DNA of 64,000 nt from the human T2T-CHM13v2.0 reference genome, Homo sapiens. The stretch lies in the NCBI RefSeq assembly GCF_009914755.1, contig NC_060925.1; one strand, written 5' to 3'. Both the position numbers and the translations under genes were made by a program. Below are positions 15,315 to 30,569 of the stretch, piece by piece. Positions within the stretch are counted from its first letter, which is position 1; each line of letters starts with the position of its first letter. The notes beneath the pieces are model-generated. The model did no database searches and was not told the DNA's origin. It worked only from the letters and a program-made list of their open reading frames with translations.

Positions 15315-15569
15315 ACTTAAATTGTCAATCCTATACCTAGTTACATCACAGATGGACAAATTGACAGTAAATCCATCTTTTGAATATTATTGACATGATT
15401 TGGGGTTGAAAATTAATACTCTTGATTATGAATAAATGGTTTAAGAAAGAAGACCCAACAGTTATTGAATATTACTACATTTAGCTGCTATAATAAGCAA
15501 TTCCATATATTATCACATTTAATCCTTTCAAAAAGCATCTGATGAGGGATCGTTATTGAGATGAAAATG

Positions 15570-15910
15570 GTGGACTCATGTTCAACATCTACTTCACTCT
15601 TCTAGTTTGCCTTTCCAAATGGCAGAGAGTGAAAGGCTAAAAAGTATATTTCCTGGACTCCCTTGAAACTACAGTTCTCAAGGTGATTTTGGTTCAGCCC
15701 ATCAGATATTTAGAGGCTGGTAGTAAGACAGAGACTACATATCTTCCTCTTTTTTTTTTTTTTTTTTTTTTGCCATTTTTACTGACAAGCACAGGGACTG
15801 ATTTTTCAGCAGCAGAATTGAACCAAGGTGCCATCTTCCAGCCTTTCCTTATGGGTATTGAGAAGCAGGGCCCTGGGCAATGTTGCTGGAGTAGATTAGA
15901 GCAAATGCAG
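15570..15910 (+). mobile_element. LTR33-like ERV-L LTR fragment
   Basis: ggctaaaaagtatatttcctggactcccttg...ggttcagcccatcagat. Confidence 0.55.
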
Positions 15911-16119
15911 TGCGACTCTAGAGGAAGCATCTCTCTAAATATGTGAACTTTTGAATTTTGTGGATTTCTAATGCTGGTTGTAACGGTGTACATTGTGGAG
16001 CAATCTGCATCCTAATTGTAAAAGAAGCAGGTGTTCCTTTGACTCAGTTCTGCAGTATGGATGCAGAGGCTTCTCCTCAATGCTCATGCTAGATTCTGTT
16101 CCTTTCATCCAATGGTTCT

Positions 16120-18807
16120 GAAAGCCATTGCCACAGAACATCACACTGATCCACCATATCAATCACATCATGTTGATCAGACAGGGTGAGTGCAATGTGG
16201 CTAGCATACTAGAGGGTTTGGTAAGATACATGTACTACAGAGAGAGAGAAAAAAAAAACTCTGAACACTCAGAAATTTGTCATTTTGGTTTCAGAAATCC
16301 TGTGGTCAGAGGTATGCTACGACACTCCCTCCAAATAAAACAAGTTGGTGCATCTCACATCCCATACCACAAAAAAAGGAAGCACAATACTTGGTAGGCC
16401 CCTTTTCATTCTGGAGGCAGTAAGTCCACAAACTAGGTGTAATGCTCTAGCTTTTATATTACATGATAGCCTTGCAACTTTGAGTAGGACTTGGAACAGA
16501 AGGAGTTCTGCAGCAGATACAGGTTGTAGTGCAATTAGACCTGTCACTTGGGCTATATGATTTAGCAGACCTTATTTTGTTGTAGCTGTCAATGGTAGAA
16601 AAATAAGTAGTGTAGAACATATGGCAAGCTCTAGAGGAAGAATCACAACGTGAGTCTTTGAGGTTCTGTAGCAGGGTTATGCCTTGTAGAGCAGAGAATC
16701 ACAAACTTTTGGAAAATCAGCCCCTGGCAAGCTACGAGGCCCTAGTAGAGATAGAATGTTTGGCAACAATGGACACCAGTGATCATGCATTTAGAATTTT
16801 TCTTCATGAAGTAGATCTTACTTGACCTTCAAAACTGTAAAGTCAGATAGGCCCAGTAACAATTATTCAAAAGATCCACAGTATACATCAGAGACAGCAC
16901 AAGCAGGACCAGAAGGCAAAAACATAAAAGCAAGTTGCATAAACATGTAAACTAAATCTCCATGTCACCAGCCAGGGTGGTATCTGCATCACCCTTCCCT
17001 AGTTCACTATGAAGTTTCTGCATAAAGAAAATGTACTAGCTTGGTTTGTGGATGCATCAACTCAATATGTGGGTACAAGTCAAAAATAGATGCATTATAG
17101 CCTCACTCAAGGATAGCCTTCAAAGATGGTGCAGAAGGAAAGTTTTCCTAACTGGTGGGGCTTTGGATGGTACACTTGATTATTTACTTTTTGCTAAATG
17201 AGAAGTGCCCCTACATTAGAATATGTGTAGACTCATAAGCATAACAAATAGCCTGACTTGTTTGTCAGGAACCTAAAAGGAAAAGGATTGGAAGACTGCA
17301 GACAAGAAAGTCTGAAATAGAGGCATGTGGATGTATATGTGAGAGTGGACATGAAGTGTGAACCTTGTATCACACATTTGTTACTACCAGGAAGCATCAA
17401 CCATAGAAGAATCACCAAACAATCAAGTAGATGGAGTGACTCGGCCACTTGATATTAGCCAGCTTTTATCAGTGATCAACTTAGTCCTGATTTGACAGGA
17501 ACATCTTCAACAGTGGCAGAGATAGAGGCTATGCATGTATTGCCATTCACTAAGCTTTTGATAACTACTAGCACCTCTGATTATCCAACTGCCAGTAACA
17601 GAGACCAATAATGTACTCCAAGTATAGCACTATTTATCAAGGAGACAAACCAGCTATTTATTGGCAAGTTGACTACATTGGGCTCCTTTCTTCCTGGAAG
17701 GGTTAGCAGTTTGTCCTCACAGGACAGAAACTTACTCTAGGTAATGGTTTCCTTTTCCTGCCTGGAGATCCTCTATCTGCACCTCTATTGGGGGTTTACA
17801 GACTACTAGATCCTCAAGCATGAAATCCTGCTCTATAAATCATCCAACCATTGGACCCACCTTGCAGCAAAGGAGGTGCAGGAGTGGGCCCATGACCATG
17901 GTATCCACTAACTGTACCACAAGCTGAATAATTTAGAAGCAGCCTGCCTGAGAGGATATTGGAATGACCTGCTAAAGACATAGCTGAAGTACCAGCTTGG
18001 AATAAACCATTTGCAAAGATAAGGTGCTTTCTTCCAAAACACAGTATGTACACTGGATCAGAGACATCTGTCTATACGATGCTGTGTCACTAGTGGGAAT
18101 AATGCATAGGTCCAAGTCCAAGAAGTAAAAACAGAAGTATCCCCACTTACCATCATTTCTGTGTCCCTTTGGGAGAATTTGTGCCTTCTGTCTGTTTATT
18201 CTGAGCCTTGCAATGTTAAAGGTCCTGGTGCCCCCAAAAGGCCCACCCTACACAGGGACACATCAAGGGTGCCATTGAATTACAACCTATGACTGCCACC
18301 TGGGCGTTTTGGACTTTTTATATTCAAGGACTAGCAGGTAAGAAAAGGAAATTGTGACAGCAGGAAGAGGTAGGGATGTTTTTACACAGTAGGGACACCA
18401 AGAAATAATTGTGGAACTCAGTGATTCATTTAGATTAGATACTTCTTGGTAATTCCTTGACAATTGTGATTGTGAATGTTCAAGTGCAATAACCTCTACC
18501 TGTGAAGGATGGGATTACTAGACTCAGACATCTCAGGAACAAGGGTTGCGGTGAAACCACAAGTAAGCCACTGAGAACTTTAGAAGTAAGAGCTGAAAGT
18601 GAGGGGGAAGTTAGAATTAATAGATGAAGAAGAAAATAATAGTATCAGCTGTGGCCCCAAGACAGACTGCAAAGATGAAGGCTACAGTTTTTCCCACTAA
18701 TCTCCATCATCTAGGTTTCTCTTCAGAAAGAAAGGCTTCGTGGAAGCCTTAAAGAGGTACTGCCTGAAGGTATATTGAAAATGTATCCATGCCATATAAA
18801 AGGTAGA
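16120..18807 (+). mobile_element. Decayed ERV-L internal region (ERV3-16A3-int-like): RT, RNase H, integrase and downstream remnants
   Basis: ORF 16128 PQNITLIHHINHIMLI ~ ERV-L RT PQxITLVHYIDDIMLI; ~17640 reads GDKPAIYWQVDYIG (integrase); many stops and frameshifts. Confidence 0.88.
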
Positions 18808-19217
18808 CTATTAAAGGTGTGGAGATAACCTATTCAGATTCCCTCTTCAAGAAAGAATTTGTTACCTATACGCAAAGAGTATGGACAGATAAGAGTCTCA
18901 AGATGTTAACACCTCCAAGTCCATGGGGGCTTTTGATTCAAGGTCATATTCTTTTGGGGGTCTCCCAGCCAATGACTAAACAAGACTGTGGTACGGAGGC
19001 CATTTCTACCAATATGGGATTCCTTTACTAAGTCGTCATCTCTCCAGTGTTCCCCAATGGGATGGGAGGGACTTTGTCAAATCTACAGCACAGCCTGATC
19101 ACACACACTCCCTATTCTCGCTTCCTCCCTTTTGCTTTCATAGGTCACTCCACAATAGACCTTTCACACTCCTATCTCCAATTCAGATTCTGTTTCCTGA
19201 AAGACTCAGATGAAACA
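18808..19217 (+). mobile_element. LTR16C-like 3' LTR of the ERV-L remnant
   Basis: cagattccctcttcaagaaaga...ccaatgact...ttcctgaaagactcagatgaaaca; directly follows the internal region. Confidence 0.7.
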
Positions 19218-19229
19218 AAGTGTTACCTT

Positions 19230-19770
<541 letters not shown>

Positions 19771-21599
19771 GTTTTTGCCTTATATCACATTCAACACAGT
19801 GGCTTTTCCAAATCACCAACTATAGCCCTACTCATTCCAGTCTTAGTCAGTGACTTGGTATCCTACCTTACCAGGAATATTAAGGCATTTTGACATGTGT
19901 TCCTTCAAATCTCTCCTCTTAACCAAATGTCTCTCTGTATCTTTATTCTACCTCTGTTGCCCTGTGACCCTCTTTGGGGAAGAAGAGTCTGCTCTCATGG
20001 CCAACACTAATCTCTCCATTTGTAACTGAAGACAAGCAATGTAGTGGTGTTCTCAACTGCCAAGGAAAAATTGTGCATTTCTGCCTCCGGGGAACACTGC
20101 CATTTTCACAGAGTATGAATCAGAAACTACTGATGCTTCATAAAATAAGACAGATGACTCTCAGTGCCATATTGCAAAAGGACATGTTCAGTAGACTGTT
20201 CATTAATTTATTATTTAGTGAGCACCTGCTTATGTGCCTCATATTAGCAGTGATAGTAGAAAGCCAGGACCCCAAATCTTTGGCCAGCTGTCTCCTGCTA
20301 TAAATTCTTAATAGGGCATGTTCGGCACAGATTACACTCCAGGAAATTGCATACATTTGTCCCCAAATAAAGTCCAGTGTCTGATGACCAGGCCTGGTTC
20401 ACATGTGCCGTCTGAGATTTTCTTCAGCTGGTGCAGATGTAAAGTCTTAGGATAACCTCTTTGACTTTTCCCACCAGGTCTACTACAGGAATTTGGCTAG
20501 CTGGGGTTTTTCGTTTGTTTGCTCATTTGTTTGTTTGTTTTAATGAAACAGTAAAAGGAGGGACAGAAAGAAGATCCTGAGAATAAGAACTCAAATCTCC
20601 CTAAGTACAGTCCAGGCTTCCCTCACTCCAGGAGCTCACTCCAGGCTTCTCTCTGTGCCCTTTCCAGGACTGTCGGCCTGTCCTGATGCAGACATGCTTC
20701 AAAGCCTGGAAAAGTAGGCACTATTGCTGTACCAGCCCCATTGGAATAAGGGCAGAAGCAACAATAATTCCAACTGACAACCTTCTTGAAAAACACATGT
20801 AGCCTCTTTGACCAACCTGTTAAAAGATATACCTGTTTCTTTTACTCCTCCCAACATCAACACTGTATTATAGTGCCCCAAGAAACCTAAGAATCTTTTT
20901 GCTTTTATTCTAAAGCTGATAATTACTTCTGTTGTCAATGATGTATCCTGCTTTTATGACCTGTCAGAAAATAAATAATCATATAATAAATAACTGACAA
21001 ATCATTACACATAAAGTTCAGCATTTTCCATGTCTAAGTGCATCAGTATTTAAGTTCAGTTCTTACTCTTGCCATTGTTGTCTGGATAAACTTGGAAGGA
21101 TTACCTCCACACACAAACATCACCACTTACACCTTGCACCTCTGGATTCTTCCTAACTCTCACAAAAACTTTGTTCCTATTCCTGAAATTGTGATTTCCC
21201 ATCATTATGAAGACAATCAAAACTTTGGGAGTCATGGTGATGAGCTCTTAGAAAACCTTTATCCACTTCACAACTGGATGAATTATCTTCTTTCTTTCAT
21301 CAAGATCAGGTCTGCCACTTGTTCGGAACCCAAATCTAGCACTATAAAACTTCAAAACAATTCTTCCAAGTGTGTAATAATATTCAATGTGTTCTTAAAC
21401 ACAATGTCTGCTATGACCCTCAAAAAAATTTTTTTAATTGTAAAGTGAGCATAGCAGAAAGTGTTAGCTCCATTTTATAGGAGAGAAATGTGGTACACAT
21501 TTTTTGTGAACCTGTCAAACTCCAAATGTTTTCTTCACTGTAACTGCCTTTACTCTGAATCCATATTGTTTAATTCTCAAAATTTATCTCTTTGTAATG

Positions 21600-22060
21600 T
21601 GACCCTATCTTTGATCAGAGTTGGTAGAATCAGAGAAGTTTATCAAATCCCAGTTAGATCACTCTGATTCCCTCATTTAGGAATTTGGAACTAGGAAAGA
21701 AGTAGAAATTGGGAAGTAAAAATGTAGAGAAGAAAATGAAACAGGAGAGTCAGGAAGTGGTGGGGAAAGATGAAAAGAAACTGTCCATGTAGATTAAACT
21801 ATAACATTAAATTGGTAGTTTTTGTGAGGAAAATAGCCATCTGAACAGAAAAAAAAGGAAGTAAATAGATTACAGACAGAAATGGAGACAAAAAAGTGAG
21901 AGAGAGTGCTAAAACTTCCCAACTTCATCATCTAATGTCTTCTTAAGGTGTGGCTACATTCTTGCACTTAAGTTTTATGGGATGCTGCTACAATTTACAA
22001 TGAATTTTTCTTTTTCTTAAGCTAGGTCTAATTGATTTTTACATTTGCAACCAACATGAA
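21600..22060 (+). mobile_element. Ancient MaLR LTR (MLT1J/K/L-like)
   Basis: 3' end tttttcttaagctaggtctaattgatttttacatttgcaacc. Confidence 0.45.
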
Positions 22061-22290
22061 AAATAAGATTCAAAGTGATTAATAGTACCAAAGATCACAT
22101 TGTCTGGTAATGAAAACTGAAAAATTCAAAAGCAAAGCCCAGGTCCCCTGACTTCTAGTGAATTAATTATGATGGGTTATTTTATCTTAGAGACATCTGT
22201 GTAGATCTAGATGGAGCAAAGATAGAAAGATTTGTGCATCAAAGTCAAAAGGAGGAAGACGGTCCCATAATTTTAAAAAGCAAAGATGAT

Positions 22291-22743
22291 TGTAAGGTTG
22301 AATGTTGGCCTTGAAAAGATATGTCTACCGGGAACCTGTGGAGGTGACCTTATTTTGAAAGTGTCTTTGCAAATACAATTAAGTTAAAGATCTTGAAATG
22401 AGATTATCCTGGATTGGGTGGATCTTAAACCCAAAGACAAGTGTTGTCCTCATAAGAGGAGAACATGAGAGAACAATTGAGTATACTTAATGAAATAATT
22501 TTCACAGAAAAGAAGTCAATGTGAAAACAGAGGCAGAGATTGGGGTGATGCATCTGCAAGCCAACAAACACCAAGGATTGCTGGAAACACAGAAAGATGG
22601 GAGAGAGCCATGGACTTGACCAGCTCTGTGGAGGTCTTGATTTTAGACTTCTAGCCTCCAGAACTGTGAGAGAATAAATTTCTGTTGTTTCAAGTCACCA
22701 AGTTTGTGGTCATTTTTTATAGCAGCCACAGGAAACTAATGCA
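22291..22743 (+). mobile_element. MLT1C-like MaLR solo LTR
   Basis: gaacctgtggaggtgaccttattttg...cagaggcagagattggggtgatgc...aataaatttctgttg...ggaaactaatgca. Confidence 0.9.
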
Positions 22744-24610
22744 GTGCTTAACAATATAAATAAATACGGAGAATGAAAAGAAAGTAGAGAATAAGAACTA
22801 AAGAATACATTACTATAACCTGGGATATTTAAGCTATAAAGTCCGTACGAGAAGGCTAGGGTCAGTATTCACTTGATTCAGGTGTGGTCATCTAGCTTTT
22901 ATTTAACACTTTGTAAGTGCTGGGGAGACACACTGCTGAGGATACATGAGGAGAAGAAAACATTTGACTTCAAGGAGCTCCCAGTTTGTAAGACTGTGTT
23001 GAGGCTGAGTTGTTGACACCCATGCTGCTAAAGAATAATTATTATTCTTAAGTTTACTGCTAAATTTTATTTCTTTGGAAAAAATTATTGAGAAATTAAT
23101 TGTTTTCTTTTTTCTGTTATGGCCTCATTAGAGAATACATGTCTTTTTTTTTGCTTCTTCATTAACACCAACAAATATGTTATATGCTTCTCTACCACTT
23201 CTTACTTTGGAAGCTCTTTGACTGCAGGAGAGTAGTAAACTGTATTTTTTCCATACACTTCAAAACGAGAAAGGCCACCAAGTGGGTATGGCTGGAGACT
23301 GTAGCTTTGGGGGGGAAGTGGGTGGCACAGTTTCAAGGGAGTTCATTCTCCTAGAGGAGGAACAGGAGAAGATGGGTCACTTGAAAGAGCTCCATGTCAT
23401 GGATTCATGAATATCTGCACATTCTTCAAACACAGCACCCCACAAGCAGAAAGATCCCAGAGGAAAACAGCCGTATGAATGCCCATGGAGATTAAACTCT
23501 GTGAAAAGAATAATTTTGCAGATTATAATGAAACTAGAACCTGTGAAGGCATCTTTTATTTGTGGTGGAATCAAGGAGAAGAAGTAGACCATAAGATATG
23601 AGTTCTCCCACACACATTTTTTCTTTCACTGAAAAAGAAGAGCTTATATGATTTACAGAGTAATGAATCAGACTAACGTACAGCTGATTAGTTCGTTTGC
23701 AATTTTAATGAAAAATTCAGTTTCCTATAATGTATGTTTTATGCCTAAAATGAACAGTATATGTTTTGTAACTCTTCAAGTGATGGTTACATCTCAGGGT
23801 GATTACATAACGCTTGAGTATACTTAATGAAATAATTTTTCTAGGAGGAGCTTGTGATAAATAGCTCCAGAAAACCCTGTGACTATCTTGGAAAGTTTCT
23901 TGCTTCTTCTTAACAAACGGAACAAGAAACAGAGCCTCACGCATTTAAATTTCATGTTCTCTTAGTACCTTGTGCTCCCAATGTCACTAGATTGTGAAAG
24001 TTCTTCAACCTCTTCTCACTTACTTTACTAGGGGGAGACATGACAAGCTTTACGTGTTGAAAATACAAAGAGCCTGACCCTACAGGAATCTTTCTTTCTG
24101 GCCTTTTTCATCGTGAGTACATGCTTTTGATTTTGATCATGGTTAAATAGAAAATATTTAAATTATAATTTCTATCCACAAGGATAAAATTTCTATCCAC
24201 AATTTCTAACCAACAAGAGTCCCCGTGACTCACCTGGCACAGAGGTTGGGAAACTTCAAGTTGATTCCCAGGCCTAAGTATGGAACAGTCTTTATCACTT
24301 TCCAAAATGTAGCCTGTCCACATTTTCTTGTGCTGCATAAGCCCATCATCCCAATATAATACAGTAGAGAAAAAGAAACTGATGCTGAAATTCTCATGGG
24401 CTTTGATGAGCAGAAACTTGGTAATATAATTTTGATTTAGAAAAATAAAGAAACATGACATTTGTTATCCCTAGAGATTTATAAATTGATTCAAACTTAT
24501 CATTACTGCACGTGGAGAATCCGTGCTTAGGAAGGACTACCTGTGTTTATTACTCAAAAAATCAGGGTAATTTGAGCAAAGTTGAAAAACGTTGACTAAA
24601 GACTCATCTT

Positions 24611-24912
<302 letters not shown>

Positions 24913-25579
24913 TCATCTTTAATCTGTTGTGATGATTTGTTCATTACGCTTAATATATATGATCTGCCCATAGCTTTAAAAAATGATGTAGTATTAGCCT
25001 GTAAATCCTCTTTTCTTTAGTATTACGTCTTCTAAAAGCTTATGCTGAATGCATACTTCCTCGGCTACCAACTCAGAAAGGAAAACGCCACTGGTATCCA
25101 AATCAAGTGTAGTAGACTGAGCCCTCTCCCTTGTAATTACTGCCACTCCCACTTCTCCAGACACTCTTTCCACCCCATCAGCTCACCAACAAAACTTACT
25201 TTCTATGTATGTTGCAGTGGCAAGCACTGGTCTGTTGTCCCTCTGGGCCTTAATCTTGAGTAAAAACTGGTTCTTCTTCTAGTGCTATATTCTTTTTGTT
25301 GCTCAAAACACAACACTACCACCTTGAAACTGTAACATTTCCTATTTGCTTATATTGTTGTTGGTATCTCTTTCTATCATCCCAGCAATACTCATGTATA
25401 AGATCTAGGGACTTCATGGCTCTCAAAGAATCTAAGCTCTCAATATCCCAAACTGAAGGCCCAACCCAGCCTTTGATCAGAATTATAAAGTGCATTTATT
25501 GCATAAAAAAACAGTTATCCTGAACACAAAAATTAGATGAAAATAAGATCCTTGGAAGTTTTTGCTGCATAGCCATTTT

Positions 25580-26030
25580 AGATATATTTATTAAGCACCT
25601 ATTGATCCATCACTAAATAAATTTACTGTGCATATTTGTTAATATTCAAGAAACAAAATGGACAAGTTCTCTGCTATTATTCTAGTAGTTATGGAGAGAC
25701 AATAAATGTTTAACAAATAAATACATAATATTTCAGATGGCAAGAAATGCTAAAGAGGAAAAGTCAGGCAAGGGAGGTAAGGAGTGCTAAGAGCAGGGTT
25801 TCTATTTTATATGAGATAGTTCAGGAAGACATTACTAATGAATGACTTTGCAGCAGAAACTTGAAGAAATGAAGGAGTCAATCATGCAACTTCATGGTCA
25901 AAAAGCATTCCAGAAGAAGCAGAGAATCATTTCAAAGACCTTGTGGCAGTACTGTACTGTGCATGCAGGAGGAACAGAAAAAGAAAAAAAAAAAAAAAGC
26001 CAGTATGTACGAAACTGAGTCATCTGGAAG
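25580..26030 (-). mobile_element. L2 3' fragment
   Basis: atatttattaagcacctatt...tgactttgcagcagaaacttgaag...aaagcattccagaagaag. Confidence 0.65.
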
Positions 26031-26031
26031 G

Positions 26032-26205
26032 GCAGTGGTTCTCAAATGTGGCTACACATTGAAATCACCTGGGGATATATTTTTTTAAATGATGCCTTGA
26101 TTTACCAGCTCGATATTGTGATTCAAATGGTCTGGGGCATAACCAGGACATTAGGATTATTTTGAAAGCTTCCCCAGGATATTCTAATGTGCAACAAATT
26201 TGGAC
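26032..26205. mobile_element. MER5 (MER5B-like) hAT MITE
   Basis: cagtggttctcaaatgtggctacacattgaaatcacctgggg...aagcttccccaggatattctaatgtgca. Confidence 0.8.
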
Positions 26206-26229
26206 TAGAAAAATATGATAAGGTTGCCT

Positions 26230-27560
<1,331 letters not shown>

Positions 27561-27934
27561 GGTATAGAGTAAGTGCTCTATAGTCAGCCACTATTGGTTG
27601 TATGGTGGCTGATGAGTACAGGGATATAGGTCATGATGGAATTAGTTCCAATGGACTCCTGGGATGGTTGCATTGATAAATACATGATTTGGGGGGAAAA
27701 CTATGAGTAAAAGTCTTTACAAAAATTTGTGGAGTTCTGGTCTTGTATAAATGGAAGTAAATACAGGACCTAAAAAAAGGAATGGAGAACCTAGATCACC
27801 ACAGCTCAATGAAGTTAAAGAAAAGCTGTTAAGAAAATACTTCACAAACCTCTGGAGAAAAAGAATGTCTTCAGTGGACCTGAAATTTTTAGGAATTCCT
27901 GAAAGCTAGAAAACAGCAGGGTACCAATGAGTAT

Positions 27935-28620
27935 TGTGTGGTGGTTGTAGCTTAATGTTTACACACTCTCACATACTCTTCGCTTCAAATAATGGAGCCT
28001 AACTCCTCTCTCCTTGAGTGTGACCTTTGCTTAGTGACTTGCCACTAATGGAGTAGAATGTACAATAGGGACTGCATGTGACTTCTGAGGCTAGGTCATA
28101 AAAGGCACTGTGGCATTATCCTTGCTTTCTTCCTAGGATCAGTAGCTCTGGGAGACGCCAACTGTCCTATCTCTAAGGACACTAAGCAGCCCTGAAAGAG
28201 GGCACACATGGGAGAACTTAAGGTCTTTCGACAACAACCAGCTCTAACTCACTAGCCATGTGAGTGACCCCCTTGAATGCTGGTCCTCCAGCCCCAGTTG
28301 AGTCTTCTGATGAGCCCAAGAAAATACCTTGACTCATGAGAGGCTCTGATCCAGAACCAACCAGCAAAGTCACTCCCAGTGTCCTGACCCACAGAAACTG
28401 TATGAGCTAGTAATTTTTTTTAAATTATACTTTAAGTTTTAGGGTACATGTGCACAACGTGCAGGTCATCATTCTCAGCAAACTATCACAAGGACAAAAA
28501 ACCAAACACCGCGTGTTCTCACTCATAGGTGGAAATTGAACAATGAGAACACATGGTCACAGGAAGGTGAGCTGGTAAGTTTTGAAGTAATTTGTTATGC
28601 ATAAGTAGATGGTTAATACA
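27935..28620 (+). mobile_element. MLT1F-like MaLR LTR containing a mini-L1
   Basis: gtgacttctgaggctaggtcataaaagg...cctgacccacagaaactgt...gtaatttgttatgca...taataca. Confidence 0.85.
28414..28567 (-). mobile_element. 154-bp 5'-inverted L1PA insertion
   Basis: Antisense 3' end (28414-28465) fused to a sense upstream segment (28466-28567); TSD tgagct(a/g)gtaa. Confidence 0.9.
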
Positions 28621-28654
28621 TTATGTTTGAGCTTTGATGTTAGACTGGACATAC

Positions 28655-28885
28655 TTTTTTATTTTTTTAAAATAACTATAATTGGCATGTAATAATTGTA
28701 CACATTGTGGAGTATATAGTGATGTTGTGATACATATATAGAGGGTAATTAGCATATGCATCATCTCAAACATTTATCATTTCCTTGTGTTGGGTACATT
28801 CAATATCCTTCTAGCTATTTGAAACTACATAATATATTATTGCTAACTTCAGTCATCCTACAGTGCTATAGAATGCTAGAACCTT
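28655..28885 (-). mobile_element. L1MA 3' end fragment
   Basis: catcatctcaaacatttatcatttccttgtgttggg...ctagctatttgaaa. Confidence 0.8.
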
Positions 28886-29289
28886 TTTAAGTAGGAAAAT
28901 TTTCTCATCCCTTTAACTCCTTTTTGGGGGCATGACCCATTACCCCCTACATTCTTCTTAAGCTGGATGCATACCAATTTAGGAACAGGACGGGGATGGG
29001 ATGGGGTGGGAGTAGAGATCTTTCTCTTCACCTACTTACTGAACCTTGACTAATAGACTTCTCATCCTGCAGCAAGTCATGTACCTTGCACAGAGTGCAG
29101 AAGGTTTATATTTTTATAACATCCCTCAAAGCACAGAAAAGAGACGAATTTCTTAGTATAGTAATGCACAGGAGCTGTACTAAGAGGCAGTCACTCTTGG
29201 CAATGTAAAAAGTCTGATGGACTATAGATGTTTGACCCTGAGGCCATACCATCCACAGCATCTCTTTTGTTGTATTTATTCCCTCTACA

Positions 29290-30420
29290 ATTTATTGAAT
29301 TTTGCTTTCAAGCTACAAAAGCAGTACCTACTTGTTTGAACAATAAAACAACTGTCAGCATATAAAGAAAGTCAACAGTCTCTTCACTTTTCCTCATTCC
29401 CAAAGTAATCAGTGTTAACGGTTTATTCTCTAACCTTTTACCCCTTATCTTTCTGCATTAACAAATATAAAGATACCTATTTCCCTTTGTTTCTTTATGT
29501 TTACCAAGACTAAACCACACGCATTACTCTGCAATATGCATTTTTCACTTAGAATATGCTATAACTGTCACTTCAGATTAATACACACAGGTTTAACTCA
29601 TTTTATGTAGCTGCATAATATTCCATAGTAAATATGGAGTATAATTTATTCAACCATTCTCCTGTTAATGGTTGTTTTACATATTTACAATTAAAACATA
29701 GTGTGACAATCATTCTTTTAAATATATTTTTACATACTGGGACCTATTAGGTTGTTAGACTTAGTGATTTATGAGTCAATGGGTATTTTTTTTAATTTTA
29801 TAACAGTGTTCCAAGTAACTTTACAATATTTGTAGCCTTTCACAGTGATATCACCAATATATGAATCCCCATTTCTCCATATTCTTGGAAGGGCTGAAGA
29901 GTTCTAAACTTCTGTAACTTGAGGCAAAAATGATATCCCAATACTGTTTGACTTGCACTTCCCTGATTAGATGCTGAGCATCTTCTAATGTGTTTTGGGA
30001 CACTGGCTATTCTTTCAGTATCCACAAGATTTGCTGAAGAAGACAAGAGAGGATGGATATTTTATTTTATTTTGTTTTTTGAATTTTAAAATTGAGTTGA
30101 ATAGACTTTATTTTTTAGAACAGTTGTAGGTTCACAACAAAGTTGAGCAGAAAGTACAGAAAGTTCTCACATACCCTCTCCCCACTCCCACATACAGACT
30201 CCCCAACCATCAATATCCAGCACCAGTTACAATCCATGAACCAACATTGATACATCATTATCAACCAAAGTCTAAAATTCTCATTAGCATCCTCTTTGTG
30301 TGTTGTACAGACTATGGGTTTTGACAAGTTTACAGAGACATATATCCACCATTATATAATCATACAAAATAGTTTCAAAGCACTGAAAAAAATCACCTCT
30401 GCACCACCCATTCATCTTTC
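29290..30420 (-). mobile_element. Two old L1M 3' fragments (L1ME-like ~29290-30020; L1MB/MC-like ~30080-30420)
   Basis: gctgcataatattccatagt; cagttgtaggttcacaacaaagttgagcagaaagtacaga. Confidence 0.65.
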
Positions 30421-30569
30421 TGATGATAGCCCCTGGGGATGTTGTTTATATAACTAAGTCATCTAACACAACCTGTTAAGAGAAAGTTAGATTCTTTCTG
30501 AAATGGGTAGATAGATATGGTAGAGATGGCTCCCAATGGCTACAGTGGAACTCTGGACTGATATCCTTC

